From contig CAUYUJ010000292.1 in assembly GCA_963575745.1 (NCBI GenBank), forward strand, positions 124,001 through 188,000: DNA of 64,000 nucleotides, written 5' to 3'. A program made the translations under genes and the position numbers. The notes beneath the pieces are model-generated. The model saw only the letters and a list, made by a program, of their open reading frames with translations. It had not been told where the DNA came from and made no database searches. The stretch's first letter is position 1. Each line of letters opens with the position of its first letter. This DNA is from Prorocentrum cordatum. Lineage: Eukaryota. Below, in pieces: positions 51,476 through 64,000 of this stretch.

Positions 51476-51630
51476 CATGATGATGATGATCATGATGATG
51501 ATGATCATGATGATGATGATGACGATGATGATGGCGGGAGGGAGGAGGGGGAGGAGAGGAGGAGGAGTGAGGACGCGGGGCGCTGTCTCTTCAAAACGAG
51601 GACCCAACACCACAGGATGGTTGGGAAAAA
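50068..51630 (-). mobile_element. HINE-like family 2 element (with internal insertion ~50190-50760)
   Basis: cccaaccat (50086-50094) / atggttggg (51617-51625); 90-bp array and (GAT)n inside. Confidence 0.75.
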
Positions 51631-51640
51631 GAAGAAGAAA

Positions 51641-52047
51641 AATTCGCCGGCCCAACGGGCCAAAGGCGTGCTAAGATCTCCGGTAACTACTTAACAATAA
51701 TTCTAGTTCGCGCGCGCGGGGCGGCCCCTGGGGGGCCCCGGACGAAAGTACCCTGGCCGATCCCCGGCTGGGTCCCGGGCGATCCCCCCCCAGGGGGGAG
51801 GCTATTTTTCCGCCACCCCTCACGAGGATCGTGGCCTCCGAGGGGGGGGCTGCAATCGACTAGCCGCCCTCCCGCCCAAAGTGGCCCCCCTGAGCCCCCC
51901 AAGAGGCCCCAGGGGAGCCCAAGACGCCGCCAAGGAGCCCCAAGACGCTCCCAAGAAGCCCCCCCTTCCCGCCCCAAGGGGCCCCCCAGAGCCCCCCAAG
52001 AGGCCCCAAATAGCGCTCCAGGGCCGACGGAATGAGCGAAGCGATTA
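51641..52047 (+). mobile_element. HINE-like family 4 element
   Basis: Same 5' and 3' termini as 49001-50028. Confidence 0.75.
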
Positions 52048-52048
52048 G

Positions 52049-52800
52049 ATTCGCCGGCCCAACGGGCCAGAGGCGTGCTAAGATCTCCGGTAACTGCTAA
52101 ATAATACTTCTACTTCGCGCGCGCGGGGCGGCCCCTGGGGGTCCCCGGACGAAAAGTACCCCGGGCGATCCCCGGCAGAGTCGGGTCAGAGACGGTTTTC
52201 CTCCTGGGCGCCGCCCCCGTGGCCCCCTAGAGAGCCCCAAGAAGGGCCACGAGGCCGCCAAGAGCCCTCCAAGATGGTTCAAGAGTGCTCCGAGATGCCA
52301 CACGATCGTTCCAAGACGCCCAAGATGACCCCCAGACGCCCCAAGAGGCCTCCAAGAGCACTCCCCAGAGGGCCCCAAGAGGCAAAATTCATTACTTTTC
52401 CTTAGGTTTTGGGCAGATTTTGGAGTGTCCATCTTTGCGGCTTCCCGACGCCTCAAGACGGCCCAAGAGGCCCCCAAGATCGCCCCAAGAGGGCCCAAGA
52501 AGCTCCCAAGGAGGCCCCAAGATGGCCCAAGAGGGCTCCAAGACGGCCCCAGAGGCATCCAAGACGGCCCAAGAGGGGCCCAAGAGGGCCCCAAGCGATA
52601 CCCCAAAGGGGGAACACAAAACAAAACTTCGAGCCCTCGGCCTTAAGAAGCCCCCAGGAGGCCTCAAGAGGCCTCTGAGAGGCCCCAAAAGCCCCCAAGA
52701 GGCCCTCAGGAGGCCCCCAAGCGACGCTGAAGAGGCCCCCCAGCGGCCCCAAGAGGCTCAGTCATGCGAAATGAGCCGGCGGAATGAGCGAAGCGATTGA
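52049..52800 (+). mobile_element. HINE-like family 4 element, head-to-tail with the previous copy
   Basis: Junction reads ...gcgaagcgattag|attcgccggcccaacgggcc...; ends ccggcggaatgagcgaagcgattga. Confidence 0.78.
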
Positions 52801-53135
52801 ATAATAGTAACAGTAACAATACGATTAATCATAATAGCAATAACAATATAATTATAATAAGAATAGTAGTAATACTAATAGTAATAATAATACTAATAAA
52901 ATAATAGTCGTAATCATAATCATAATCATAATCATACTCATACTCATAATCATAATCATAATCATAATCATACCCCATAATAATACTAAGAATACATAAA
53001 TAAATAAATACATAAATCAGTAAATAAATAAATAAATACATAAATAGATACATAAATAACAATAACAATAACACTAATAATAATAACAACAAGAAGAAAA
53101 AGAAAAAGAAGAGGAAGAAGAAGAAGAAGAAGAAG
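52801..53135. repeat. AT-rich microsatellite mosaic (TAA, TAATCA, TAAA, GAA)
   Basis: Direct inspection. Confidence 0.9.
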
Positions 53136-53961
53136 CGGCACCAGGGACGACGTCCGCAGCGGAAGGGCACGGCCCGCGAGCTCGCGAGCTCAGAACAACT
53201 CGAGAAAGGACTTATCGATGCCGACCTCGATCGCGAAGCGCATCCGCACCGACAGCTGCCGCCCCAGCGCCTCGCCGCAGCGCCGCCGAGACGGCCGTCA
53301 CGGACGCTCCGAAGAGCCCCACGGCGCTCCCCGCCTCGCCGCCGAGCGAGGCTCCAGGAAGCGCCGGGCAGCCCATGGCGGCGCGGGGGCGGCCGCACAG
53401 GCAGACCATCCGCCCAAACGTCGCTCATGACGGCGACCTTGCCCGTGCCTTTGTCCTTGTCCGTGCCCGAAGCTGCGCTGGAAGGCGGGCCGCCGTCCCG
53501 CCGCACCAGCCGCAGCTCGTCGGCCAAGGCGTCGTCCTCCAGTCGCGGCGCAGGCGGTGCAGCGGCCCCCGCATCCGCATCCCCAGCCGCCGCAGTCTCC
53601 AAGTCCATGTCTCAAACGGCGTCGCCATGTTTGTCATCCGCTGCCTCGCCCGTCTTGCCGCCGCGGCCACGGGGCCGCCGCCGCCGCCGAGGAGCAGCAG
53701 CGGGCCTCGCCGGGGCGCCACGGCAGGCGCCGAGGAGGAGGGTCTGGTCAGCATGTCCACCGCCGCCCGCAGCATGCCCTCGGCCGCCCTGAATATGCGG
53801 AGGGACTCGCGCAACTCAGGGCGGCCCGTTGTGAGCCCAGTCGCCGAATGCGCCGCGAGGAGGGCGCCACGCGCCACCTCGAGCGCCGCGCGGTGCAGGC
53901 TCCCATCGCCGCCGACGTCGGACACGCTGCGGCGGAACCCAGGGGGCGCCTGCGAAGCGAG

Positions 53962-53977
53962 CTTGAGCCAGATGGCT
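53962..53977 (-). other. Relict spliced-leader copy
   Basis: Minus strand AGCCATCTGGCTCAAG versus SL 3' part AGCCATTTTGGCTCAAG; abuts a microsatellite. Confidence 0.6.
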
Positions 53978-54489
53978 GGAGGAGGAAGAGGAGGAGGAGG
54001 AGGAGGAGGAGGAGGAGGAGGAGGAGGATGGAGGAGTGGGGAGGATGGGGGAGGAAGAAGAAAAAGGAACAAAAACGAATGATAATAATAAACAAAAAGA
54101 GAAGAAGGAGAAGGATAATGGAAAGGTGGGCGACGGGGAAGGAGGAGGAGGCGGTGAGGGAGGAGGAAGTGATGTAGGGGGGGAGGAACACAATAAACCA
54201 AGGATGCTTCAACGAGGCTGCAATGAACCCCACCGTCCGAATCTCATCATAATGACCGTGCTATCTTTCCCAGGTAACGGTCGTTACCCGGGGGGGGCGT
54301 TCTGGCGGGAGGGTCACGGTAACGGCGGCCGCGGCGGGCACACGCCATGGTGCATCCGCGCCACCGGCGTATCAATCGCCTGTGTGCACCACAGCATGTA
54401 GGGGGTGGGGTTTAGGCCAACCCTCCCCCTAGTACGATTGTTAGCGATACCCGGGGGGATGCCGGGGTAACGAACGTTACCCTGGGGAG

Positions 54490-55172
54490 GGACATTTTCC
54501 TGGCGAAAGACCCAACCATATGCAGCTATGAGTAACGCAACTGTTGGTATCGTCCTTGGGGAGCTCCTTATGGGGCCACGAAACGTGTGAGGTGTGCACC
54601 GACATGGGTGCGGTGGTGCCATGCGATCGCAGCCACTGGGGCCTTCGGTGGAGCTCCCTATGAGGCCACAAATCGTGTGAGGGGCGTGCCGACATGGGTG
54701 CGGTGGCGTCATGCGACCGCAGCCACTGGGGCCTTCGGTGGAGCTCCCTGTGGGACCACGAAGCGTCTGAGGGGCGTGCCGACATGGGTGCGGTGGTGTC
54801 ATGCGACCGCAGCCACTGGGGCCTTCGGTGGAGCTCCCGATGGGGCCACGAAACGCGTGAGGGGTATGCCGCATTGGGCGCGGTGGTCATGCAACCGCAG
54901 CCACTGGGGCCTTCGGTGGAGCTCTCTATGGGGCCACGAAACGTGTGAGGGGTGCACTGACATGGGTGCGGTGGTGTCTTGCGAGCGCAGCCACTGGAGC
55001 CCTCGGTGGAGCTCCCTATGGGGCCATGAAACGCTGTACTGGGTGGGGAAAACGCAGGGCGGAGGGAGGAGGGGGAGGAGGACGGGGAGGAGGGAGGAGG
55101 AGAGGAGGAACGCGGAGACCGTCTCTTCAAAACGAGGACCCAACACCACAGGATGGCTGGGAAAAAAGAAAA
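54490..55172 (-). mobile_element. HINE-like family 2 element
   Basis: cccaaccat (54511-54519) / atggctggg (55153-55161); ~90-bp array between. Confidence 0.75.
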
Positions 55173-56844
55173 CACTCAAATACCCTACTACTAGAGGTAC
55201 CTATCCTGTATCATAAAGTCTACGAACGGTCCAGTCCGAGCCCCGTGCTCCAAAAAACGCGTCCTCCATCAATGTGGCTGTCACACGCTTGAACACATCT
55301 GACCGTCAAGGGGGACAAGCCTCACGGGAGAAACCCATGTTGAACAGATCTGAGTGAATAACTGTGGCGCAACTCATCCGCCATCGCGATTGCATCGGTT
55401 GGTGTGTATGTGCGTCGGGTGGTTGCTGTGCTGTTCATCTTGATGCTTGCGAAGCAATGGAGATGGCTTCCTGCGCATCGAGTCGAACGCGGGCTCATTT
55501 GTGCCAGGCCCCTGCGCTTCTTCCTGAGACCGATGCCGAAATCGAGGGGCAGGATCTTCTGTTGGACATAATCCCTCGGCGACCACCACCTCTCACACTC
55601 ACCCCCGCAGCAGCAGATGGGGCGGTCCCAGTAGATGCGAGCCCACTGCATCGCAGGTTCATAGCAGCAGCATATGCGAGCCCACTGCGGCAGCGTAGCA
55701 TGACGGGGAAGACTACGCAGTGATAATGGCATGTGAATGTGTGTGTTCGGTGAGTTTTGTCTGCATATAGATTGCGCGGGCGTGATAGGGTGCATTCGTG
55801 ATCGTGCACGGTCTGTAAGTAGTACGAATAAACCAGGCGCCTAGGCAATTCAAAAGCATGATTGATTTTCCGATCGGGGGTAAATCGGCCAAGATGAGGA
55901 GAAGATGCGGGCCTCGGGACCCTTCGCGGGTTGCGTGACTGGATCCCGCTCGATGTTTCCCGTCTGCGACGTTCGTGCCGATACCGATCCCGAATTAGAG
56001 TTAATAATCCAGTTTCAGGGGCGCCAGGTTAGAGTTGCTGATGTGTTCCATGGAGAAGGCTCGTTGGTGCTCGCACGCAGTAAGGTCGCCATGCGCACGA
56101 AGTGTGGCGACTACGCCTGGGCTGGAATTCGGAGTCTCAGTAAGCCTTGCCTGCCACCCTCATACGCATTGAAACAACAGAGGGGGAGGATGGGGAGAGG
56201 GGTTTTCCCTTGTTGGTCTGCGCAGTGCAGTATAGAGGATGGGTGATTGGACCTATGCGCAAGCCAACCAGACCCGAGCTGTTCCACCTCGCGAAGCGCG
56301 GCGTGAGGAACCCTGTTGCCAGTGCTGATGAGTTGCGTTCTTCTCGTAAGTTGGTGCAGGGAACCTGGGGAGACCGATGGAGCGATCAGGAGCTCCTAGC
56401 AAGGTTTGGTCTCATGCAGAACATGCTTGGGACGCTCGTGGGCCAGCTCAAGGCCAAGTCGAGCGGCAGCGACAGTGATGGTGATGACATTTAATTGCGC
56501 TCTTGGTGCTGCCCCAGTAACAAATGGAACAGAACAGAACATAATGACGAGGGAGGAGGGAAGGAAGGAGGGAGGAGCAAGGGAAGAAAGATTTAGAAAC
56601 CCAACTCAGCGTGCACCGCAAAATGGTCTATTGAATCGGCCCGCTTGGTTTTCGGACGGCCAATTAAGCTGGAGCCCCTTGGACGCAGATGGGAAGAGTT
56701 ACGGTGACGCGGGCGAACTCGGAAGGACTCGTAGATTCCCCTGGCGCTCCCTTGTCCATGAGGATTATTTTCTGGTGTTTCCAATGGAACCCACAAACGC
56801 TCCATTTTGTCATGACGGTTCCTTTTCAACATTCTACATACAAC

Positions 56845-57150
56845 AGTGGTGCTGTGTTGCACGCGGTTGCTGTGGTGCACACAAGCGCCGTGGCGTACAC
56901 AGGCACTGCAATGCACGCAGGCATTGTGGTGCACACTGCTGTGTTGCACACGGCTGATGTGGTGTACGCAGGCGCTGTGGTGTACACAAGAGCTGCTGTG
57001 TCCGCGCGCGCGGTGGCACAAACTGACGCTGCGTTGCACGCGGCTGCTGTGGTGTACGTAGGCGGCGTGGTGTACACAGGCGCTGGTGTGCACGCGGGCA
57101 CTGACTTGTACACAAGCGTTGTGGTGCACATCGCCATCTACATGCTGGTG
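56845..57150. repeat. Degenerate GCTGTGGTGTACACAG-type short tandem repeat
   Basis: Recurring tgtggtg(c/t)acac / tgttgcacgcgg units. Confidence 0.75.
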
Positions 57151-60100
57151 CCATCCGTCCTCCGTCATTCCTAGGCATTCCCAGGCGCCGCCGGGGCGAA
57201 GCGTGACGTCATCGACCCCCTCCACCCCCCCAACTGATTGCCGCCATCGGCCTGGAATAAAAAAACAAGCTCCAGCCGCGTCCGCGCGCACGACGACGAT
57301 GAGCGACGAGCGACGAACCACGAGCCACGAGCCACGAGCGACGACGACGACGACAACGACGACGACGTCGACGACGACGACTGCGGACCAGACTCCTATG
57401 CGGATTCCTACGCGGACACCTACGCGGATCCCAACGCGCACGGCGGCAGTGCCCGGAGCGTACTGGGGGGGCGAGCGTTACGTCATGGGGGGGGGCGGGG
57501 GCCATGACGCCCGTCATGCCACAAGCAATAAAGAAATGGTCTCTAGGGGGAAGGGACGGAGGGAGGAAGGAGGAACGGAAGAGGCGGATGGAAGAGGAGG
57601 ATGGAAAAGGGAGAAAGAAGAGGGAGGAGGGAGGAGGAGGAAGGGAGCAGGGAGGAGGAGACAGGAGGGGAAGGAGAGAAGAAGGGAGGGAGGAGGGAGG
57701 GAGGGAGCATGAGGATCAGAGAGGCGCGCCGACCCCTGGCCCGGCATCGGCCTGGCCGGGAACGGCGCCCGTGCACGGCTGGCGCCCCTCGGACCTGAGC
57801 CGCCCGCGCGCAATCCTCGGGCCGCCCACAGCCGCGGCGTCGCGGCCGCGCGGCCGCGCCAGGCCGCGGGCGCGAGAAGCTGCGCAGACGTACGGCACCT
57901 GCCCCCCCCTCCTCCTCCTCCTCCTCCTCCTCCTCCTCCTCCTCCTCCTCCTCCTCCTCCTCCTCCTCCTCCTCCTCTTCCTCCTCCTTTTCCTCATCGT
58001 TGTCATTTCCCTTTTTCTTGTCCTTCTCTCTCTCCACCTATACTTTTCAAGATCGTCGCCGCAGGCCCCGCCGCCGTCACTCCGATGCCAAGTACGCTGG
58101 GCGCCCCCCGTAAGCGCGTGTCGCAGGACGCCCTCCGAGGCGCGCCCCTCGAGACGCACGCCGCAACAGGGCTCACGGGCGAACGCCGCGAGGCCTGCTG
58201 TCTGGCCGATCTCGCAGAGTGACCACATCTCGCATACACACCTGACATAAACCCCCCCACTGCGAACTCGTAAGGGGTGAGACCAGGCCTGTGCTTTTTT
58301 CGACCGGTGAATTCTCATCAGCCTCGTAGAACGAACGAAATCCTACGAGAGGTGGCGCACTGGGGGAAGGGGCCAAGGGGGGGGGTCGCGCACGTAAGGC
58401 GTCCCTCGAAGAGAAGCAGGCCGTGCCGGGTCCTGGCGGCCCACTCAACTCTGTCCAAGACCCGCTATCAAGGCGCCATCCCCGCCCGGGGGAACTTCGC
58501 TGGGAAGCACCAGGCGGCTGGCCCATCGGAAATTCCTCCTCCTCATCATCATCATCAGCATCATCATCAGCAGCAGCATTCCCGACAGCGTCAACATCAC
58601 CATCCGCATCAGCTTCATGACCATCATCATCACAAGCATCGTCATCATCACCATCACCATTAGCAGCATCATCCCCATCACCATCATGATCGGACCTGTC
58701 ATCATTGCCAGCATCATGCACATCATTATCCTCAACCTAATCTGCATCCCCGTCTCAATCGTCTCAATCGTCATCCTCATCAACAGCATCATCATCAACA
58801 GCATCACCATCATCATCCGCATCCTCATGTTCACCCTCATCCTCGTCCAATGCTCTCCTCTCACTCTTTCTTCTCCTACTGCCCTGTCCTCCTGCTGCGA
58901 CCCCACTGGAATCACGCACTCTGGAAAATATTGTAAGTACCACACGCTGGAGACCCGTCCATCCTGTTCTTGCGTCGCCTCCTCCTGCTCCTCTGGCGTC
59001 TGGGGAGGTACCGCTGAAGCAGTCGGCCCCGTCCGCGGGCGCCCGCGCAGCGGCGGGAAAGACTGCCTGCGGCGTCCCGGCGCTCTGCGACGGGCCAGCA
59101 GCGCGCATCAGTGCACCTCCAGAACCGGGAAGTTCGGCGGCGCTGGCAGCCCAGGGGCCGAGGCCATGAGTGTGCCACGGGCCCGTTGCATGTGAATCGT
59201 CGCCGTTGTCATTGGTCGTGTCCACGAAGCCTCCGAAAGATGGCGGCGCGCGAAAAGCGCTGGCGATGTTGATTGGTGCATGTTCGTCAAACTTTTCAAC
59301 TCGGCCTCCGACGCTGGACATCGGTAGCCGCAGGGCTGGAGCAGCGTCATGCGTTGGCCAGCTGCGACGCCGACCACTCGGAGAAGTAGCCAGCTGTAGC
59401 CACTCCCAGTCATCGCAGCCCCACCGTTGTGCGCAGCTCGAAATCGCAGCGTGGGGGACCACGAGAGCAGCGCGTCGGTGGTTTCGTTGCGGCGCCTCGA
59501 GAAGTCGAAGAATTCGCAGGTGGCCTGGAGGCGCGACTTGGGCCGAATTGTTTGGCGAGGTTCGCGATGAAAAAAGTCACGGCGTCCTCTGGTTGGCCGT
59601 TGACCGCGCCTCCCTCCGTAATATCCGTGAAACCCATTGAACGCGTTGGCTCGCGAGCGGCCCCAGTGAGGTTCAAGATGAAGGCAGGGCGTTGTTGGGC
59701 GCTGCCCGTGCCGGTGGCTAGCACGTTCCACGCGAGCAAATGCTGTACCCAGAGGTGGAAAAGGATACACGGACTCGCGCTCGGGAAACCTTGCGAGCGG
59801 TTGGCGGGAAGTGATCGCAGCTTGGCCGCCGCCGCCGCCCTCTGGGCCGGCTCCACCAGGCATCGCGCCCGTGAACCAGAACAGGACGGCCACGAAGAAC
59901 ATGAAGATGCTGCCACTGAACATCAAGATGGAGGTTCTCCTCTGAAAGACCTCACCACGATGATGGCTGCGAAGGCGCCTTGGGAGTCGGGCCTGCGCAG
60001 CGCGGGGCAACCACGATGACGGCGTCAACCTTGGTCGAAGCCGAGGCTGGATAAACTGGCACGTTAGCCTCCACCGTTCCACCAGGGTGGTGAGATGTGC

Positions 60101-61239
60101 TCACGAAGACAACCAGCACTGCCGCACACGCACCGGGGCGCGGCGCTAGCCCAGGGAGGAGCCCCGCAGTCGCGTCCAACGCGAAACTGCGGCCAACGCC
60201 TGCGGGGCCGCGACGGGCCCGGGAACGTCGCGTCGCTCCTGCGGGCGAAACGCCCCTCGTCGCACCTTCGGCCGAAGCCCTCGCAGCCGGGCCAGACGTC
60301 CAGGGCGAATTGCCAGTTGGCTTGCAGAACAGCAATAAGCACGAGCCGCTCAAAGAAAGTTGGGCGGCAGTGATGCGGAGGTGCAGGTAAACGCGAAGGC
60401 GCGCCCGCTCCGCACGACGCGCCCATTCCGTGGACCGCGAGACGGGATCGCCCCCAGCTCCGCCACCAACTAGAATTGCGGGGGTTGGACGCCGCGCGAG
60501 AGAAAGAACGGCGGCAACACGACGATGATTGCCGTTTGAGCTTCTCCGCACGCCACACAGACACGAGCCAATGCTGAAGCCTTACGGCGGCAGAGTATCC
60601 TAGTTGAGTGAGGAGGAGGAGGTGGAGGAGGAGGCAGAGAAGAGAATAGAAGGAGAAAGAGGAGGAGGAGCACAATGACCCAGAAGAGACGAACGGCGGC
60701 CAAGAGCACGAGCCGGAAAGAAAAAGACGTCCGTCAATCGTCCCGCGGAAAAGGCGGCGAGCGCTGGCCTGCGTCGGATAAGCTGGGTGAGCCGCGCTTG
60801 GGCGGCTGCAACGATCTACCCTCCTTGCAAACCTCCCTGGTGGCGGTAGGAGTGGTGGATACGACACATAATGTCATGAAAAATCGCAACAGGCACAAGC
60901 TGGAACCTTCAAGGAGGGAGCAAGGGGACGAAGGCAGCACGAGCAGCACCAGAGGCAGCGAAGAAGGAAGGGGGAAAACAGGGAAGCGAGGAATACACCG
61001 GCTCAGAGGCAGGACATGTCATGTAATGTATAATATGATATCCACCCATGGCTATCTCACAGAACACTAATTTCATACGGGCTTGGGAATACCTGGCACA
61101 GGTACACCGTGCATTACACAAGGATCGGAACAAACTGGCGACAGCACACGGGGGGATCAATGCCTGCAGTCGGGGAAGAGTGAACATTAGATACGTTCAA
61201 CCGTCGGGGCTCAGGTCTGGATTAAAATGTCAAACACGA

Positions 61240-63050
61240 GCTACAAATACCTTAGCAGCTGACACGTGTCGAATCCCACGAAGAAGGCCCCCGGTCTTCC
61301 CTTGTAGCCTGGGCACCTCGAAGGATGAACATTCGGGATCTGCTGGAGCCTCTGGACGTTCTCCCTCATATGGTAAAACGTAGCACGGGGATACCAGGGG
61401 CTAAATTTCCACAGAATAACACAGTCATCATCGGCGCTAAACTCACCAATCAACTTACACATATCCTGGAAGGCCCTCGACTGGAAGGCTGCCTTATACA
61501 TGGCAGCACGCGCCATACCAAAAAGATGGCGAGCCTGAACGTCGAGCCCTCCACTCTTCACGCCGTACAACAGTTCACAAGATAAGGAGTTCCTCAGGGC
61601 ATCCGTGGGGCTCTGCAGGGCACGAGCTTCTTGCTGGAGGGCATACTTGGACGGGCAGAAAAATTGGGCTACATAGCTGAGGCAGGAGAAGGCATAGACA
61701 CTGTGGCGCAACAGGGTTCTGTATAGCTCCAGCTTCAATGCTTTGCACTCTCGAGCTCGGCGCAGGGTTTTGTTTGCAGGAGCCTCCCAATTCGAGTCAC
61801 CTGAATCCTCCCCACCCATATTCCAAGATACTTGCCTGCGGTGCCGAGGACCACGCCTGGCAGCTCGATGTCGTGGTCAAGCATCAGGCGGTCGAATTCT
61901 ATCCGATTGAGCTCGTGAGTTACCACGACAACGCACTTTGGAAGGTTGAGCTTCAAGCCAGCCACTCTCTCGGCCAGCTTAAGCACGGGCATGCAGATCG
62001 CCAAGGCCAGGATGACGTCGGCCGTGCCGATACCTAGATCATCTTCAAATGCTGCTGGAATTCCAAGAGACGGCGGTAATCTATTCTCGAGCATTTCCAA
62101 GATGGGGTCCACGGTGAGGGCATACAAAGTTCCAAATAGAAGGCACCCCTGCCTGATCCCCCATCAGAACCGTGAAGAAACGTCCTCGGACATCTCCAAA
62201 GACCACCTGGACTCGAATATCATTATACAACAGCTTGATAGCCTCCAAGTCTCTGGCATCGAGCTTCAAGACTGTCAGCACACAAATAATCATGGGATGC
62301 AGCAAGGACGGGAAGACGGCCTAGTCGAACAGCAAAATTCTACCTCTGCGGCAACACTGCTGGGCAACCCAATGAAACACATAGCCTTCAAATTCTCGGT
62401 CATCTGGCGCTCTGGGATGAAGCCCCGCTGTATGGGAGCACTACACACCTGGGCGACGTAGGAAATCGGCCTGTTGATCGCGTTAGAGATAAGTTGGTTG
62501 CCGTTGTTGGCAAAGGCAATAGGACGGGAACACTCAGGGGCTCTCACAACCTTCTGCGAGTCTGCGAGTCTTCGGGGGCCTCACCCTGAGCCAGAAAGAC
62601 ACCGAGAGCCTAATTCAAGTACGGATCTCCTAGATCACCTCCAAGAAGAGCGAGCTAAGCTTGTACAGAACCCCAACCGCCTCCGAACCAGCTCTGGAGA
62701 ACGCGCTGTACGGGATCCCGTCAGGCCCAGGACTGGCATCGTGGGTTTGGGCGACCATGTCCTCCAACTCTTCAGGTTCAAGGACCCAATTCACCTCACG
62801 TGGAAGCTCAGGCACATCGCATTCGTCGACTCGAAATCCCCTCCCGCCCTATGCACCTGACCCCAGTACTCAGCTACATACTTGCAGGCGTCATCTGGGT
62901 CTGAGATCTGGAGCCCCGTAGGGTCGGCGATCGCCGATAGACTGATAACCCTCTGGTTCGCCCCCCAAGCGGCAGCCTACTGCGAAAGGCGGTGCATCTG
63001 TGCTTTCTTCTTGCTCTCAGGCACGTTGCTGTCCTCACTTCTTGCGCGCG
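61240..63050 (-). pseudogene. Degenerate LINE reverse transcriptase (different, more L1/Tx1-like family)
   Basis: Collinear fragments SPGPDGIPY; RPIAFANN; IQRGFIPER; AIKLLYND; GIRQGC across a frameshift; AFEDDLGI; LKLNLPKC; KYLGIWVG. Confidence 0.88.
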
Positions 63051-63187
63051 AGCACGACATGACTGTCTGCTTATATCAGAGAGAGCGTGATCCACCGCCG
63101 CCGCTTTACTGTGGAAAATTGCCGCCCTTTTCCTCGGGAACCCGGGAGTCCCCCCCCCCCCTCCGAAAATCCCCCCCCCCCTGCTGG

Positions 63188-63223
<36 letters not shown>

Positions 63224-63254
63224 CCCAAACCCCCCCCCTAACCCCCCCCCCTCC

Positions 63255-63970
63255 CCCCGGGGGGGTCACTACCGGTTCGAACCCCTCCCCACCCCCCCTC
63301 ACCGCCAGCAAACGACTCCCGGTCCCTACCACCGTCCTCACCACATCCCCCACTGTTGTTCCCAGCACCACTGTCCTCACCACCACTGTCCCCACTGGTT
63401 CCACCACCGCCCCTACTGTCCCCACCAGTGCCACCACCACTGTCGCACTGTCCCCACTGTCCCCACCACTGTTCCCACCACGGCCACTCTCCCAACTTTC
63501 TCCACGACTATCCCCACCCCCCACTGTCCCACTCTCACTGTCCCACCACTGTCCCCACTGTCCACCACCCCTGTACCTGTCCCATTGTCCCACCGCCGTC
63601 GTCGCCACCGCCTTCACCACTGTCCCACCACCACTGTACCCTCCACTGTCCTACTGTTTCCACCACATTCCCACTGTCCCCACACCACTGTCCCCACCAC
63701 CACCGTCCCCACAACTGTCCCACTGTCCCCACTGTTCCCACCATTGTCCTCACCATTGTCCCCACCACTACCGTCCCCACCACTGTCCCACTGTCCCCAC
63801 GACTGTCCCGCTGTCCCCTCACCACTGTCCCCACCACCACCGTCCCCACCACTGTCCGCACCCCTCTCGGTTTTCGAGGGGGGGGGGCGGTTCGAACCGG
63901 TGGTGACCCCCCCTGGTTTTCGAGTTCGAGGTGGCGGGGAGGGGGTTCGAACCGGTAATGACCCCCCCTT
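63255..63970. mobile_element. Inverted-repeat-bounded element containing a CCACTGTCC tandem repeat
   Basis: gggggtcactaccggttcgaacccc (63261) is inverted relative to ggggttcgaaccggtaatgaccccc (63942) and ggttcgaaccggtggtgaccccc (63889). Confidence 0.7.
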
Positions 63971-64000
63971 TTCATAATGAACTGGGGGGGAGGGGGGGAG

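Noticed and set aside
63261..63290. GGTTCGAACC as a tRNA T-loop / Pol III B-box
   Set aside because: No cloverleaf can be folded. The motif is a palindrome within an inverted-repeat arm, though a B-box role is not strictly excluded.

Overview
Repeat-dominated, GC-rich eukaryotic DNA. It is most likely dinoflagellate nuclear genome (inference from relict DinoSL spliced-leader copies, AG|G acceptors and a repeated intron boundary). Most six-frame ORFs are artefacts of microsatellites and tandem arrays. Supported content: (1) the first two coding exons of proteasome subunit beta-3 (minus, ~8.2-8.6 kb); (2) two exons of an unknown membrane-protein gene (minus, 42.1-45.1 kb); (3) a full-length but frameshifted non-LTR retrotransposon at 23.5-29.4 kb (ORF1, APE, RT, RNase H, zinc fingers) whose 5' end carries a spliced leader plus two relict SL repeats, and whose RT reads VVDD; (4) shattered relatives of that element at 16-22 kb and an unrelated LINE RT relic at 61-63 kb; (5) at least four families of non-autonomous elements with Helentron/HINE-like architecture that carry most of the tandem arrays; (6) several MITE-like foldback elements. 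All calls come from reading the sequence by eye, so boundaries are approximate unless stated.
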